From Chrysomallon squamiferum (Eukaryota; Animalia; Mollusca), in the NCBI GenBank assembly GCA_012295275.1, contig CM022677.1:24800001-24864000 (forward strand): 64,000 nt of DNA, given 5' to 3'. The notes beneath the pieces were generated by a model. That model was given only the letters and a program-made list of their open reading frames with translations. It was not told the DNA's origin and ran no database searches. The first letter of the stretch is position 1. Each line of letters begins with the position of its first letter. This document shows positions 39,803-54,143 of this stretch, one piece after another. Position numbers and translations under genes: made by a program.

Positions 39803-42589
39803 CAATCTTTTTTATTATTTCTTCTTATTATTATTATTATTTTTTTTATAACTTTGGTATTTATTTATTTATTTATTTATTTATTTATTTGGCTGACAAA
39901 ATCAGAATCTCTTAACAAATTGAAAACAAGTAAAAGGGTTTAAAAAAAAAAAAAAATTATAAAATTTGTGTAAGTGATTTAATATTTCTGATAAACTGGT
40001 AAAGGAAAAAAGTGACAATAACATTAACAAATTTACAATTATTAATTATAATTATGTGAAGTATAATAAATAGATAAATAAAAGCCACGTATAAATACAA
40101 TTATGGTAAGAAAGTACTTGCAGTTTATTTCACAAACTTATTTCTCTAATTCTAATTCTTTTCATTTAGGTTTAAGCGGTGTTGACAAATTCATACTCTA
40201 GTTTCACAGTAACATATGTTTTAAACGAACATATGAATTTTTCTTGTGACTTGTATCAAGTTTTATGGTCAAATGCACAATTAACTTTGGTTGCTGTGTT
40301 TCAAAAGCGGAAGGTACTGCTTATTTAGTGTTATGTTTTGTTGTAAGTAGATATTTGTTTATTTTTTATATATAGTATTGTGATTGTAAGTTACCTTCTT
40401 ATTAATCATTTTTATGACATTTGCTTTCATTCTGTTTTTAGAACATGTTTTTAACGAGTGTAATATTTGTTTTAAAAATGATCTTATTCAGTGTACATAC
40501 TAATATATTTTATGTGTCTCATCAGTTTAATTAGGATACATAACACTATGTTTATGTAATAGTATTGTAGTGGTAAAAATGTTGACAATATAATGCTACT
40601 ATTGTTTACGTAATGGTAAAAATGTTGACAATATAATGTTACTATTGTTTACGTAATCGTATTGTAGTGGTAAAAATGTTGACAACATAATGTTACTATT
40701 GTTTACGTAATCGTATTGTAGTGGTAAAAATGTTGACAATATAATGCTACTATTGTTTACGTAATGGTATTGTAGTAGTAAAAAAGTTGAAAATATAATG
40801 TTACTATTAATTGTTTATGTAACAGTTGTAGCAGTAACGATGTTGACATAAATATTTTTCTGTACGCCACAGTATTCTGGTGTTAGACGGCTTGTACAAA
40901 ATTTAACTAGCTTCAATATTTTAGTAACACTTGTGTTTCTGCGTAATAAATTAAAAAAATATATAAAATTGTTTTTCTTTGTTAGTTACAACGCGTTTGA
41001 GTTTTTTTGTAAATATCACTTTTTATATATCTACGTTTAACCCAGTTAAAAATATATTTAAGGAAAAATATATAAATTTATTATTACAGAAATAAGCTAT
41101 AATGTAAGTAAAACCTTTTTATTATTACATTATTATTATCAAAGTGTGAAGTGAGAAAGGCGATTGTAAATACAACAGAAATAAAATTTAATAATAATAA
41201 TAATAAAAATAAAATGTGAAGTAAAAATTCTCTACATACAAGAAATGTTTCTAACGGGAGCTCACTAACTGTCTGCCGTTTGAAGTGTACGAAGTACAAC
41301 AGGTGAACAACAGAAGCGGGGACTACCCTGTAGTATGACGGACACAGTATTACCAACAGGTGTTAGTCGCCTAAATCGTCTGCGTTTAAGTCGTCAGGTG
41401 CGTAGGTCTTATCTCAGCCAGAGTCGCGAGTTTTCTGTAACGTTATTTCCAATAAAATAATCCCTTATCAAAGTCGTCACGTGACACTTCGTCTTAGGAA
41501 CACACACAAACCACAGTTAATTGCTTGCTCTGATTCATCATTGGGGAAATCCCTCGATACAGTCTCGCACAATGACACGCGCTACCTCAAAGTTACTGGA
41601 ATGCAGGTAGACAGGCGCTGTGCGTTGGTATTATTGACATGCACGTGACTTGTCTCGTGCTTGGGGTGCGTTGAATTAACAATATTATTTCGGAAAGCGG
41701 CGCTCACGAGAGTGACTTATTTTAGTGTACAAAATGGCGACTAGCGGAAAGGGACGGGTAAATAACCAAGACTTTACAAGGAGAAAAGGGAAATAATTAA
41801 GTACTGTGAAGTCAATCTGACGGCGGAGAGATTTAAGATTTCCCCGCACATCACTGAATGACATTTAAAAAAAAATAAAATAAAATAAAATAAAATCTAA
41901 AAGTGATCGAAGCTATCGAGAAGCCTGTGCATCCCGATTCAAGGAAAGGGGCTTGAAACGCATCAATCACGTGACGTTTGAAGATGTCGACTCCGACATT
42001 GGTGATGACAAATGTCTGCTGGAGCTGAAATTCGTATCAATGGTCAAATGCTACTTCAAAAAGAACGAGGCTCTCCCGAGCAACTTGGTCACGAGGATGG
42101 TGAGAAAGTGAACGACAGTTGGACTGATCGTTTTAAGGAAATGGGTGGGGAATCGTAAAAGTGATGAAAGCAGATGAATCTGGCGGTGTTAATACAGCAG
42201 TTAATTGAAGAATGGAAAACTGAGAAACTTAAGGACATTCATCATTCGGAAACCGAGCATCATACAAATACAATGCCACCCTGTAGATCGTGCCAGCTGG
42301 CAAGCTGCCAAGAGATCCCTTTAAAGATAACGGCATAATCTGGCCGCAGAGTAAAATTATCCCCATAATATCCACACCCCACCCCCAAGCTTGGTAACGG
42401 AGGTGAGGATCTGTGCTGGTTTTAATACAGTTTAATAGCTGGCTAGATTGCAATGTCGTACTCGATATATATATATATATGTATTATGTACGTATGTACG
42501 TATGCATGTCTATTTGTTTAGATAATTTATATTTAAGTCTGTGCTGGTTTTAATACAGCTTAAAAGCTAGCTAGATTGCAATGTCATGC

Positions 42590-42636
<47 letters not shown>

Positions 42637-43607
42637 ATTATTATGTACGTATGCACGTATGCATGTCTATTTGTTTAGATAATTTATATTTACGTCTGTT
42701 CTTGTTTTAATACAGTTTAATAGCTGGCTAGATTGCAATGTCGTACTCAATAGTGTTCTTAGGAACGAAACGGGTACCAACTAGCCAAGAAATGAATTCA
42801 TGTGCAGTGAAGTTTGACACAGTCGACTGGTTTTAACTGACATAATTTGCTGGCTTATGCGAACGGTATGACGTGTGTTGCTTGTTATTTGAATATTTGT
42901 ATGTTTCCAATTCTTTGTTAAAATACAGTTTTATTCTTGGAGTGCACATGACTATGACACGAATATGACGATACAATAACGCGAACAAATGGAATTTCCA
43001 TTTCTATTTTTTCACTGTACGTGTACCTATTTTTGGTGTTTGAAATATGGAATTGATCTCGCAGCTGGGTATACAGTTTCATTCTCGGAGTGGACATGAA
43101 TATGCTGATATATAAGGCAGATTGCCAGAAATATGAATACAGAAATAAGAATAAAGCGAACTAAGACAAAAAAAAGAATAACGGGAATTCCCATTTATAC
43201 TGTTTCACTTTACGTGGAATGTGTTTGAAATATAGAACTGACCTCACAGCTGCTTATATATACGGGTGTTTAGCTGGGTACACACAGAGACACCACGATA
43301 CACCTAAGAAAGAAGGATTAACGGTAAGTTTAAGAAATGTTTTTAATTTAAATACTGATCTATATTTTTACAAATACAGAAATACAGTTTATTATTATCA
43401 CATCAAGTCTGTTTTTTTGTTGTTGTTTTGTTTCTATGATTTATTTATTTATTATTTTAAACGTACTGTTATATTTTAATTTTATTTATTTAATTCTTTT
43501 TAATTTAGTTTTTCTTTTAATTTTTAATTTTTAATTTTTTTTTAATTTTTTTTTTTTAAATATGTTTTGTTTATTTTCCAGCTCAAACTTGACTAAGAAG
43601 AACAAAA

Positions 43608-45146
43608 ATGTTTCCACGATTCAGTCTTTTGTTTTGGGTTTTGTTTTGCATTTTGATACCATCAGTGCTCGCTAAACCAGCAGGTACGTTAACCTAAGCA
43701 TTAAATACAACAACAACGTCGACGTCAACATCACTGTCCGATAGTAGCAATGGTCAGGTCGTTGTGGTGATAGTAAATTTGCGGTAATACTGTTAATAAA
43801 TTTATATTAGTGATAAATGTAGAAATCATAGCTGGTTATTGTGACGTAAAGATCAATATAGAAGACGTGATACTGAAATCTTTGAAAGTAGTTATAGTGG
43901 TTTATGTAATAGTATTGTAGTAGCAAAAATGTTGACAGTATAATGTTATTCTTAATTATTTACGTAATAGTCTTATAGTAAAAAATGTTTTAAATATAAT
44001 GTTACTATTAATTGTTTATGTAATAGTATTGTAGTTGTAAAAATGTTGACAATACAATGTTACCATTAATTGTTTATGTAATAGTATTGTAGTAGTAAAA
44101 ATGTTGAGAATATAATATTACCATTAACTGTTTATGTAATAGTATTGTAGTAGTAAAAATGTTGACAATACAATGTTACCATTAACTATTTATGTAATAG
44201 TATTGTAGTAGTAAAAATGTTGAGAATATAATGTTACTATTAATTGTTTATGTAATAGTATTGTAGCTGTAAAAATGTTGACAATACAATGTTACCATTA
44301 ATTGTTTATGTAATAGTATTGTAGTAGTAAAAATGTTGAGAATATAATGTTACTATTAATTGTTTATCTGATAGTATTGTAGTAGTAAAAATGTTGAGAA
44401 TATAATGTTACTATTAATTGTTTATGTAATAGTATTGTAGTAGTAAAAATGAGAATATAATGTTACTATTAACTATTTATGTAATAGTATTGTAGCAGTA
44501 AAGATGTTGATTACTTATGTTGATTAAATTGTTGATTACTTATGTAGTCGTTGTCGTTGTACAAATACTTGTAATGGTAATAATAATAATAATACTGTTG
44601 GCAGCAGTTGTAATAGCAAAACCGTTGATGTTTGAAGTAATTCGTCTAATTTCAGATCACGTGATAAGAAAACGTCAGCTCGGAGCTACATTTGCTGTCG
44701 GCTGCGCAGCCTTCACTGGGATACGACACTGTTCCAACATCTTCGACGACTGCCCGCCGCATGTCTGTGACGTCGTCGAAGCACCGTGCAGTTTGAGCAA
44801 GATGGCAATCCCTTTCGAGGAAATCTGCAAACCGGAAGTAAAAGCGGCCATTGAGAAGTTTATCAGAGTGGAGATTTTTTCCAAAGTTGACGCCGGAGCA
44901 GAAGAAGTGAAACACGCCATGGAAAACCTGGGCGAACAAATATCGAACGATCTGGAACAGTTTGCAAAATCTGTGCAAGACTTTGGCGAAAACGTCGGTA
45001 AAACTTTGAACGAATTTGGCAAAGACACAGCCGAGAAAACCGAAGAGTTTTGGAAGGACGTTGGCCATAAAATAAAAGATTTTTTTGATAATTTAGGCAA
45101 TACTATCGCAAAGGGATTCAGTTATGTTAAAAATATATTTGTATAA
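43608..45146 (+). CDS. Array copy 3 (188 aa, no GPI signal, predicted secreted)
   Basis: Exons 43608-43683 and 44656-45146, ending KDFFDNLGNTIAKGFSYVKNIFV*. Confidence 0.8.
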
Positions 45147-47638
45147 GTGATTTAATATTTCTAATAAACTGGTAAAGGAAAAATGTGACAGTAACATTAA
45201 CAAATTTACAATTATTAATTATAATTATGTGAAGTATAATAAATAGATAAATAAAAGCCACGTATAAATACAATTATGGTAAGAAAGTACTTGCAATTTA
45301 TTTCACAAACTTATTTCTCTAATTCTAATTCTTTTCATTTAGGTTTAAGCGGTGTTGACAAATTCATACTCTAGTTTCACAGTAACATATGTTTTAAACG
45401 AACATAAGAATTTTTCTTGTGACTTGTATCAAGTTTTATGGTCAAATGCACAATTAACTTTGGTTGCTGTGTTTCAAAAGCGGAAGATACTGCTTATTTA
45501 GTGTTATGTTTTGTTGTAAGTAGATATTTGTTTATTTTTTATATATAGTATTGTGATTGTAAGTTACCTTCTTATTAATCATTTTTATGACATTTGTTTT
45601 CATTCTGTTTTTAGAACATGTTTTTAACGAGTGTAATATTTGTTTTAAAAATGATCTTATTCAGTGTACATACTAATATATTTTATGTGTCTCATCAGTT
45701 TAATTAGGATACATAACACTATGTTTATGTAATCGTATTGTAGTGGGAAAAATGTTGACAATATAATGCTACTATTGTTTACGTAATGGTAAAAATGTTG
45801 ACAATATAATGTTACTATTGTTTACGTAATCGTATTGTAGTGGGAAAAATGTTGACAACATAATGTTACTATTGTTTACGTAATGGTATTGTAGTGGTAA
45901 AAATGTTGACAATATAATGCTACTATTGTTTACGTAATGGTATTGTAGTAGTAAAAAAGTTGAAAATATAATGTTACTATTAATTGTTTATGTAACAGTT
46001 GTAGCAGTAACGATGTTGACATAAATATTTTTCTGTACGCCACAGTATTCTGGTGTTAGACGGCTTGTACAAAATTTAACTAGCTTCAATATTTTAGTAA
46101 CACTCTTATTTCTGCGTAATAAATTTAAAAAAATATATAAAATTGTTTTTCTTTGTTAGTTACAACGCGTTTGAGTTTTTTTGTAAATATCACTTTTTAT
46201 ATATCTACGTTTAACCCAGTTAAAAATATATTTAAGGAAAAATATATAAATTTATTATTACAGAAATAAGCTATAATGTAAGTAAAACCTTTTTATTATT
46301 ACATTATTATTATCAAAGTGTGAAGTGAGAAAGGCGATTGTAAATACAACAGAAAAAAAAATTAATAATAATAATAATAAAAATAAAATGTGAAGTAAAA
46401 ATTCTCTACATACAAGAAATGTTTCTAACGGGAGCTCACTAACTGTCTGCCGTTTGAAGTGTACCAAGTACAACAGGTGAACAACAGAAGCGGGGACTAC
46501 CCTGTAGTATGACGGACACAGTATTACCAACAGGTGTTAGTCGCCTAAATCGTCTGCGTTTAGGTCGTCAGGTGCGCAGGTCTTACCTCAGCCAGAGTCG
46601 CGATTTTTCTGTAACGTTATTTCCAATAAAATAATCCCTTATCTAAGTCGTCACGTGACACTTCGTCTTAGGAACACACACAAACCACAGTTAATTGCTT
46701 GCTCTGATTCATCAGAGGGGAAACCCCTCGATACAGTCTCGCACAATGACACGCGTTACCTCAAAGTTACTGGAATGCAGGTAGACGGGCGCTGTGCGTT
46801 GGTATTATTGATATGCACGTGACTTGTCTCGTGCTTGGGGTGCGTTGAATTAACAATATTATTTCGGAAAGCGGCGCTCACGAGAGTGACTTATTTTAGT
46901 GTACAAAATGGCGACTAGCGGAAAGAGACGGGTAAATAACCAAGACTTTACAAGGAGAAAAGGGAAATAATTAAGTACTGTGAAGTCAATCTGACGGCGG
47001 AGAGAATTAAAATTTCCCCGCACAACACTGAATGACATTTTAAAAATAATAATAATAATAATAATAATAAAACCTAAAAGTGATCGAAGCTATCGAGAAG
47101 CCTGTGCATCCCGATTCAAGGAAAGGGGCTTGAAACGCATCAATCACGTGACGTTTGAAGATGTCGACTCCGACATTGGTGATGACAAATGGCTGCTGGA
47201 GCTGAAATTCGTATCAATGGTCAAATGCTGCTTCAAAAAGAACGAGGCTCTCCCGAGCAACTTGGTCACGAGGATGGTGAGAAAGTGAACGACAGTTGGA
47301 CTGATCGTTTTAAGGAAATGGGTGGGGAATCGTAAAAGTGATGAAAGCAGATGAATCTGGCGGTGTTAATACAGCAGTTAATTGAAGAATGGAAAACAGA
47401 GAAACTTAAGGACATTCATCATTCGGAAACTGAACATTATACAAATACAATGCCACCCTGTAGATCGTGCCAGCTGGCAAGCTGCCAAGAGATCCCTTTA
47501 AAGATTACGGCATAATCTGGGCGCTGAGTAAAATTATCCACATAATATCCACACCCCAGCCCCAAGCTTAGTAACGGAGGTGAGAATCTGTGCTGGTTTT
47601 AATACAGTTTAATAGCTGGCTAGATTGCAATGTCGTAC

Positions 47639-47679
<41 letters not shown>

Positions 47680-48919
47680 TATGTACGTATGTACGTATGC
47701 ATGTCTATTTGTTTAGATAATTTATATTTAAGTCTGTGCTGGTTTTAATACAGCTTAATAGCTAGCTAGATTGCAGTGTCATACTCGATATATATATATA
47801 TATATATATATATGTATTATGCACGTATGTACGTATGCATGTCTATTAGTTTAAATAATTTATATTTAAGTCTGTGCTGGTTTTAATACAGTTTAATAGC
47901 TAGCTAGATTGCAATGTCATACTCGATATATATATATATATGTATTATGCACGTATGTATTTGTATGCATGTCTATTTGTTTAGATAATTTATATTTAAG
48001 TCTGTTCTTGTTTTAATACAGTTTAATAGCTAGCTAGATTGCAATGTCGTACTCAATAGTGTTCTTAGGAACGAAACGGGTACCAACCAGTCAAGAAATG
48101 AATTCATGTGCAGTGAAGTTTGACACAGTCGACTGGTTTTAACTGACAGAATTTGCTGGCTCATGCGAACGGTATGACGTGTGTTGCTTGTTATTTGAAT
48201 GTTTGTATGTTTCCAATTCTTTGTTAAAATACAGTTTTATTCTTGGAGTGCACATGACTATGACACGAATATGACGATACAATAAAGCGAACAAATGGAA
48301 TTTCCATTTCTATTTTTTCACTGTACGTGTACCTATTTTTGGTGTTTGAAATATGGAATTGATCTCGCAGCTGGGTATGCAGTTTCATTCTCGGAGTGGA
48401 CATGAATATGCTGATATATAAGGCAGATTGCCAGAAATATGAATACAGAAATAAGAATAAAGCAAACTAAGACAAAAAAAAATAAAAAATAACGGGAATT
48501 CCCATTTATACTGTTTCACTTTACGTGGAATGTGTTTGAAATATAGAACTGACCTCACAGCTGCTTATATATCTGGGTGTTTAGCTGGGTACACACAGAG
48601 ACGTCACGATACACCTAAGAAAGAAGGAATAACGGTAAGTTTAAGAAATGTTTTTAATTTAAATTCTGATCTAGATTTTTACAAATATAGAAATACAGTT
48701 TATTATTATCACATCAAGTCTGTTTTTTTGTTGTTGTTTTGTTTCTATGATTTATTTATTTATTATTTTAAACGTACTGTTATATTTTAATTTTATTTAT
48801 TTAATTCTTTTTAATTTAGTTTTTCTTTTAATTTTTAATTTTTAATTTTTTTTTAATGTTTTTTTTTTTAAATATGTTTTGTTTATTTTCCAGCTCAAAC
48901 TTGACTAAGAACAACAAAA

Positions 48920-50677
48920 ATGTTTCAACGATTCAGTCTTTTGTTTTCGGTTTTCATTTTGATACCATCAGTGAACGCTAAACCAGCAGGTACGTTAACC
49001 TAAGCATTAAATACAACAACAACGTCAACGACAACATCACTGTCCGATAGTGGCAATGGTCAGGTCGTTGTGGTGATAGTAAATAGGTGGTGACAGTGTT
49101 AATAAATTGATATTAGTGATAAATGTAAAAATCATAGCTGGTTATTCTAACGTAAAGATGTGATACTGAAATCTTTGAAAGTAGTTATAGTAGTTGTAGT
49201 AGTAAAAATATTGACAGTATAATGTTATTCTTAATTATTTACGTAATAGTCTTATAGTAAAAATGTTTTAAATATAATGTTACTATTAATTGTTTATGTA
49301 ATAGTATTGTAGTTGTAAAAATGTTGACAATACAATGTTACCATTAATTGTTTATGTAATAGTATTGTAGTAGTAAAAATGTTGAGAATATAATGTTACT
49401 ATTAATTATTTATCTGATAGTATTGTAGTAGTAAAAATGTTGAGAATATAATATTACTATTAACTGTTTATGTAATAGTATTGTAGTAGTAAAAATGTTG
49501 AGAATATAATATTACTATTAACTGTTTATGTAATAGTCTTGTAGTAGTAAAAATGTTGAGAATATAATATTACCATTAATTGTTTATGTAATAGTATTGT
49601 AGTAGTAAAAATGTTGAGAATATAATATTACCATTACTTGTTTATGTAATAGTATTGTAGTAGTAAAAATGTTGAGAATATAATGTTACCATTAACTGTT
49701 TATGTAATAGTATTGTAGTAGTAAAAATGTTGAGAATATAATGTTACTATTAATTGTTTATGTAATAGTATTGTAGTAGTAAAAATGTTGAGAATATAAT
49801 GTTACTATTAATTGTTTATGTAATAGTATTGTAGTAGTAAAAATGTTGAGAATATAATGTTACTATTAATTGTTTATGTAATAGTATTGTAGTAGTAAAA
49901 ATGAGAATATAATGTTACTATTAACTATTTATGTAATAGTATTGTAGCAGTAAAGATGTTGATTACTTATGTTGATTAAATTGTTGATTACTTATGTAGT
50001 CGTTGTCGTTGTACAAATACTTGTAATGGTAATAATAATAATAATACTGTTGTACAAATACTTATAATGGTAATAATAATAATACTGTTGTACAAATACT
50101 TATAATGGTAATAATAATAATAATACTGTTGGCAGCAGTTGTAATAGCAAAACCGTTGATGTTTGAAGTAATTCGTCTAATTTCAGATCACGTGATAAGA
50201 AAACGTCAGCTCGGAGCTACATTTGCTGTCGGCTGCGCAGCCTTCACTGGGATACGACACTGTTCCAACATCTTCGACGACTGCCCGCCGCATGTCTGTG
50301 ACGTCGTCGAAGCACCATGCAGTTTGAGCAAGATGGCAATCCCTTTCGAGGAAATCTGCAAACCGGAAGTAAAAGCGGCCATTGAGAAGTTTATCAGAGT
50401 GGAGATTTTTTCCAAAGTTGACGCCGGAGCAGAAGAAGTGAAACACGCCATGGAAAACCTGGGCAAACAGACATCGAACGCTCTGGAACAGTTTGCAAAA
50501 TCTGTGCAAGACTTTGGCGAAAACGTCGGTAAAACTTTGAACGAATTTGGCAAAGACACAGCCGAGAAAACCGAAGAGTTTTGGAAGGACGTTGGCCATA
50601 AAATAAAAGATTTTTTTGATAATTTAGGCAATGCTATCGCAAAGGGATTCAGTTATGTTAAAAATATATTTGTATAA
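48920..50677 (+). CDS. Array copy 4 (186 aa, no GPI signal, predicted secreted)
   Basis: Exons 48920-48989 (short leader, as in copy 2) and 50187-50677. Confidence 0.8.
49260..49960 (+). repeat. ~59-bp intronic minisatellite (largest instance, copy 4)
   Basis: Unit approximately ATGTAATAGTATTGTAGTAGTAAAAATGTTGAGAATATAATGTTACTATTAATTGTTT. Present at variable copy number in the same intron of all five copies; a related ~55-bp unit lies 3' of each gene (e.g. 34800-35050, 55860-56250). Confidence 0.9.
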
Positions 50678-53600
50678 GTGATTTAATATTTCTAATAAAC
50701 TGGTAAAGGAAAAATGTGACAATAACATAAACAAATTTACAATTATTAATTATAATTTTGTGAAGTATAATAAATAGATAAATAAAAGCCACGTATAAAT
50801 ACAATTATGGTAAGAAAGTACTTGCAATTTATTTCACAAACTTATTTCTCTAATTCTAATTCTTTTCATTTAGGTTTAAGCGGTGTTGACAAATTCATAC
50901 TCTAGTTTCACAGTAACATATGTTTTAAACGAACATATGAATTTTCTTGTGACTTTTAAATGTACAATTAACTTTGGTTGCTGTGTTTCAAAAGCGGAAG
51001 ATGCTGCTTATTTAGTGTTATGTTTTGTTGTAAGTAGCTATTTGTTTATTTTTTATATATAGTATTGTGATCGTAAGTTACCTTCTTATTAATAATTTTT
51101 ATGACATTTGTTTTCATTCTGTTTTTAGAACATGTTTTTAACGAGTGTAATATTTGTTTTAAAAATGATCTTATTCAGTGTACATACTAATATATTTTAT
51201 GTGTCTCGTCAGTTTAATTAGGATACATAACACTATGTTTATGTAATAGTATTGTAGTGGTAAAAATGTTGACAATATAATGCTACTATTGTTTACGTAA
51301 TGGTAAAAATGTTGACAATATAATTTACTATTGTTTACGTAATCGTATTGTAGTGGTAAAAATGTTGACAACATAATGTTACTATTGTTTACGTAATCGT
51401 ATTGTAGTGGTAAAAATGTTGACAATATAATGCTACTATTGTTTACGTAATGGTATTGTAGTAGTAAAAAAGTTGAAAATATAATGTTACTATTAATTGT
51501 TTATGTAACAGTTGTAGCAGTAACGATGTTGACATAAATATTTTTCTGTACGCCACAGTATTCTGGTGTTAGACGGCTTGTACAAAATTTAACTAGCTTC
51601 AATATTTTAGTAACACTTGTGTTTCTGCGTAATAAATTAAAAAAATATATAAAATTGTTTTTCTTTGTTAGTTACAACGCGTTTGAGTTTTTTTGTAAAT
51701 ATCACTTTTTATATATCTACGTTTAACCCAGTTAAAAATATATTTAAGGAAAAATATATAAATTTATTATTACAGAAATAAACTATAATGTAAGTAAAAC
51801 CTTTTTATTATTACATTATTATTATCAAAGTGTGAAGTGAGAAAGGCGATTGTAAATACAACAGAAAAAAAATTTAATAATAATAATAATAAAAATAAAA
51901 TGTGAAGTAAAAATTCTCTACATACAAGAAATGTTTCTAACGGGAGCTCACTAACTGTCTGCCGTTTGAAGTGTACGAAGTACAACAGGTGAACAACAGA
52001 AGCGGGGACTACCCTGTAGTATGACGGACACAGTATTACCAACAGGTGTTAGTCGCCTAAATCGTCTGCGTTTAAGTCGTCAGGTGCGTAGGTCTTATCT
52101 CAGCCAGAGTCGCGAGTTTTCTGTAACGTTATTTCCAATAAAATAATCCCCTATCAAAGTCGTCACGTGACACTTCATCTTAGGAACACACACAAACCAC
52201 AGTTAATTGCTTGCTCTGATTCATCATTGGGGAAATCCCTCGATACAGTCTCGCACAATGACACGCGCTACCTCAAAGTTACTGGAATGCAGGTAGACAG
52301 GCGCTGTGCGTTGGTATTATTGACATGCACGTGACTTGTCTCGTGCTTGGGGTGCGTTGAATTAACAATATTATTTCGGAAAGCGGCGCTCACGAGAGTG
52401 ACTTATTTTAGTGTACAAAATGGCGACTAGCGGAAAGGGACGGGTAAATAACCAAGACTTTACAAGGAGAAAAGGGAAATAATTAAGTACTGTGAAGTCA
52501 ATCTGACGGCGGAGAGATTTAAGATTTCCCCGCACATCACTGAATGACATTTAAAAAAAAATAAAATAAAATAAAATAAAATCTAAAAGTGATCGAAGCT
52601 ATCGAGAAGCCTGTGCATCCCGATTCAAGGAAAGGGGCTTGAAACGCATCAATCACGTGACGTTTGAAGATGTCGACTCCGACATTGGTGATGACAAATG
52701 GCTGCTGGAGCTGAAATTCGTATCGATGGTCAAATGCTACTTCAAAAAGAACGAGGCTTTCCCGAGCAACTTGGTCACGAGGATGGTGAGAAAGTGAACG
52801 ACAGTTGGACCGATCGTTTTAAGGAAATGGGTGGGGAATCGTAAAAGTGATGAAAGCAGATGAGTCTGGCGGTGTTAATACAGCAGTTAGTTGAAGAATG
52901 GAAAACAGAGAAACTTAAGGACATTCATCATTCGGAAACCGAGCATCATACAAATACAATGCCACCCTGTAGATCGTGCCAGCTGGCAAGCTGCCAAGAG
53001 ATCCCTTTAAAGATTACGGCATAATCTGGGCGCTGAGTAAAATTATCCACATAATATCCACACCCCAGCCCCAAGCTTAGTAACGGAGGTGAGAATCTGT
53101 GCTGGTTTTAATACAGTTTAATAGCTAGCTAGATTGCAATGTCATACTCGATATATATATATATGTATTATGCACGTATGTACGTATGCATGTCTATTTG
53201 TTTAGATAATTTATATTTAAGTCTGTTCTTGTTTTAATACAGTTTAATAGCTAGCTAGATTGCAATGTCGTACTCAATAGTGTTCTTAGGAACGAAACGG
53301 GTACCAACCAGTCAAGAAATGAATTCATGTGCAGTGAAGTTTGACACAGTCGACTGGTTTTAACTGACAGAATTTGCTGGCTTATGCGAACGGTATGACG
53401 TGTGTTGCTTGTTATTTGAATGTTTGTATGTTTCCAATTGTTGGTTAAAATACAGTTTTATTCTTGGAGTGCACATGACTATGACACGAATATGACGATA
53501 CAATAAAGCGAACAAATGGAATTTCCATTTCTATTTTTTCACTGTACGTGTACCTATTTTTGGTGTTTGAAATATGGAATTGATCTCGCAGCTGGGTATA

Positions 53601-54143
53601 CAGTTTCATTCTCGGAGTGGACATGAATATGCTGATATATAAGGCAGATTGCCAGAAATATGAATACAGAAATAAGAATAAAGCAAACTAAGACAAAAAA
53701 AAAAAAAAAAAAAAAACGGAATTCCCATTTATACTGTTTCACTTTACGTGGAATGTGTTTGAAATATAGAACTGACCTCACAGCTGCTTATATATATCTG
53801 GGTGTTTAGCTGGGTACACACAGAGACGTCACGATACACCTAAGAAAGAAGGAATAACGGTAAGTTTAAGAAATGTTTTTAATTTAAATACTGATCTATA
53901 TTTTTACAAATACAGAAATAGAGTTTATTATTATCACATCAAGTCTGTTTTTTTGTTGTTGTTTTGTTTCTATGATTTATTTATTTATTATTTTAAACGT
54001 ACTGTTATATTTTAATTTTATTTATTTAATTCTTTTTAATTTAGTTTTTCTTTTAATTTTTAATTTTTAATTTTTTTTTAATTTTTTTTTTTTAAATATG
54101 TTTTGTTTATTTTCCAGCTCAAACTTGACTAAGAAGAACAAAA

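Noticed and set aside
41084-41356. Recurrent 90-aa minus-strand ORF (also 46258, 51770) and 86-aa plus-strand ORF (43219, 48530)
   Set aside because: No recognisable motifs, they span indel junctions or a splice donor, and they are not intact in all units; recurrence reflects recent duplication.
43900-44510. CRISPR-like regular repeat array
   Set aside because: Contiguous minisatellite units with no unique spacers, inside a eukaryotic intron, with no cas genes.
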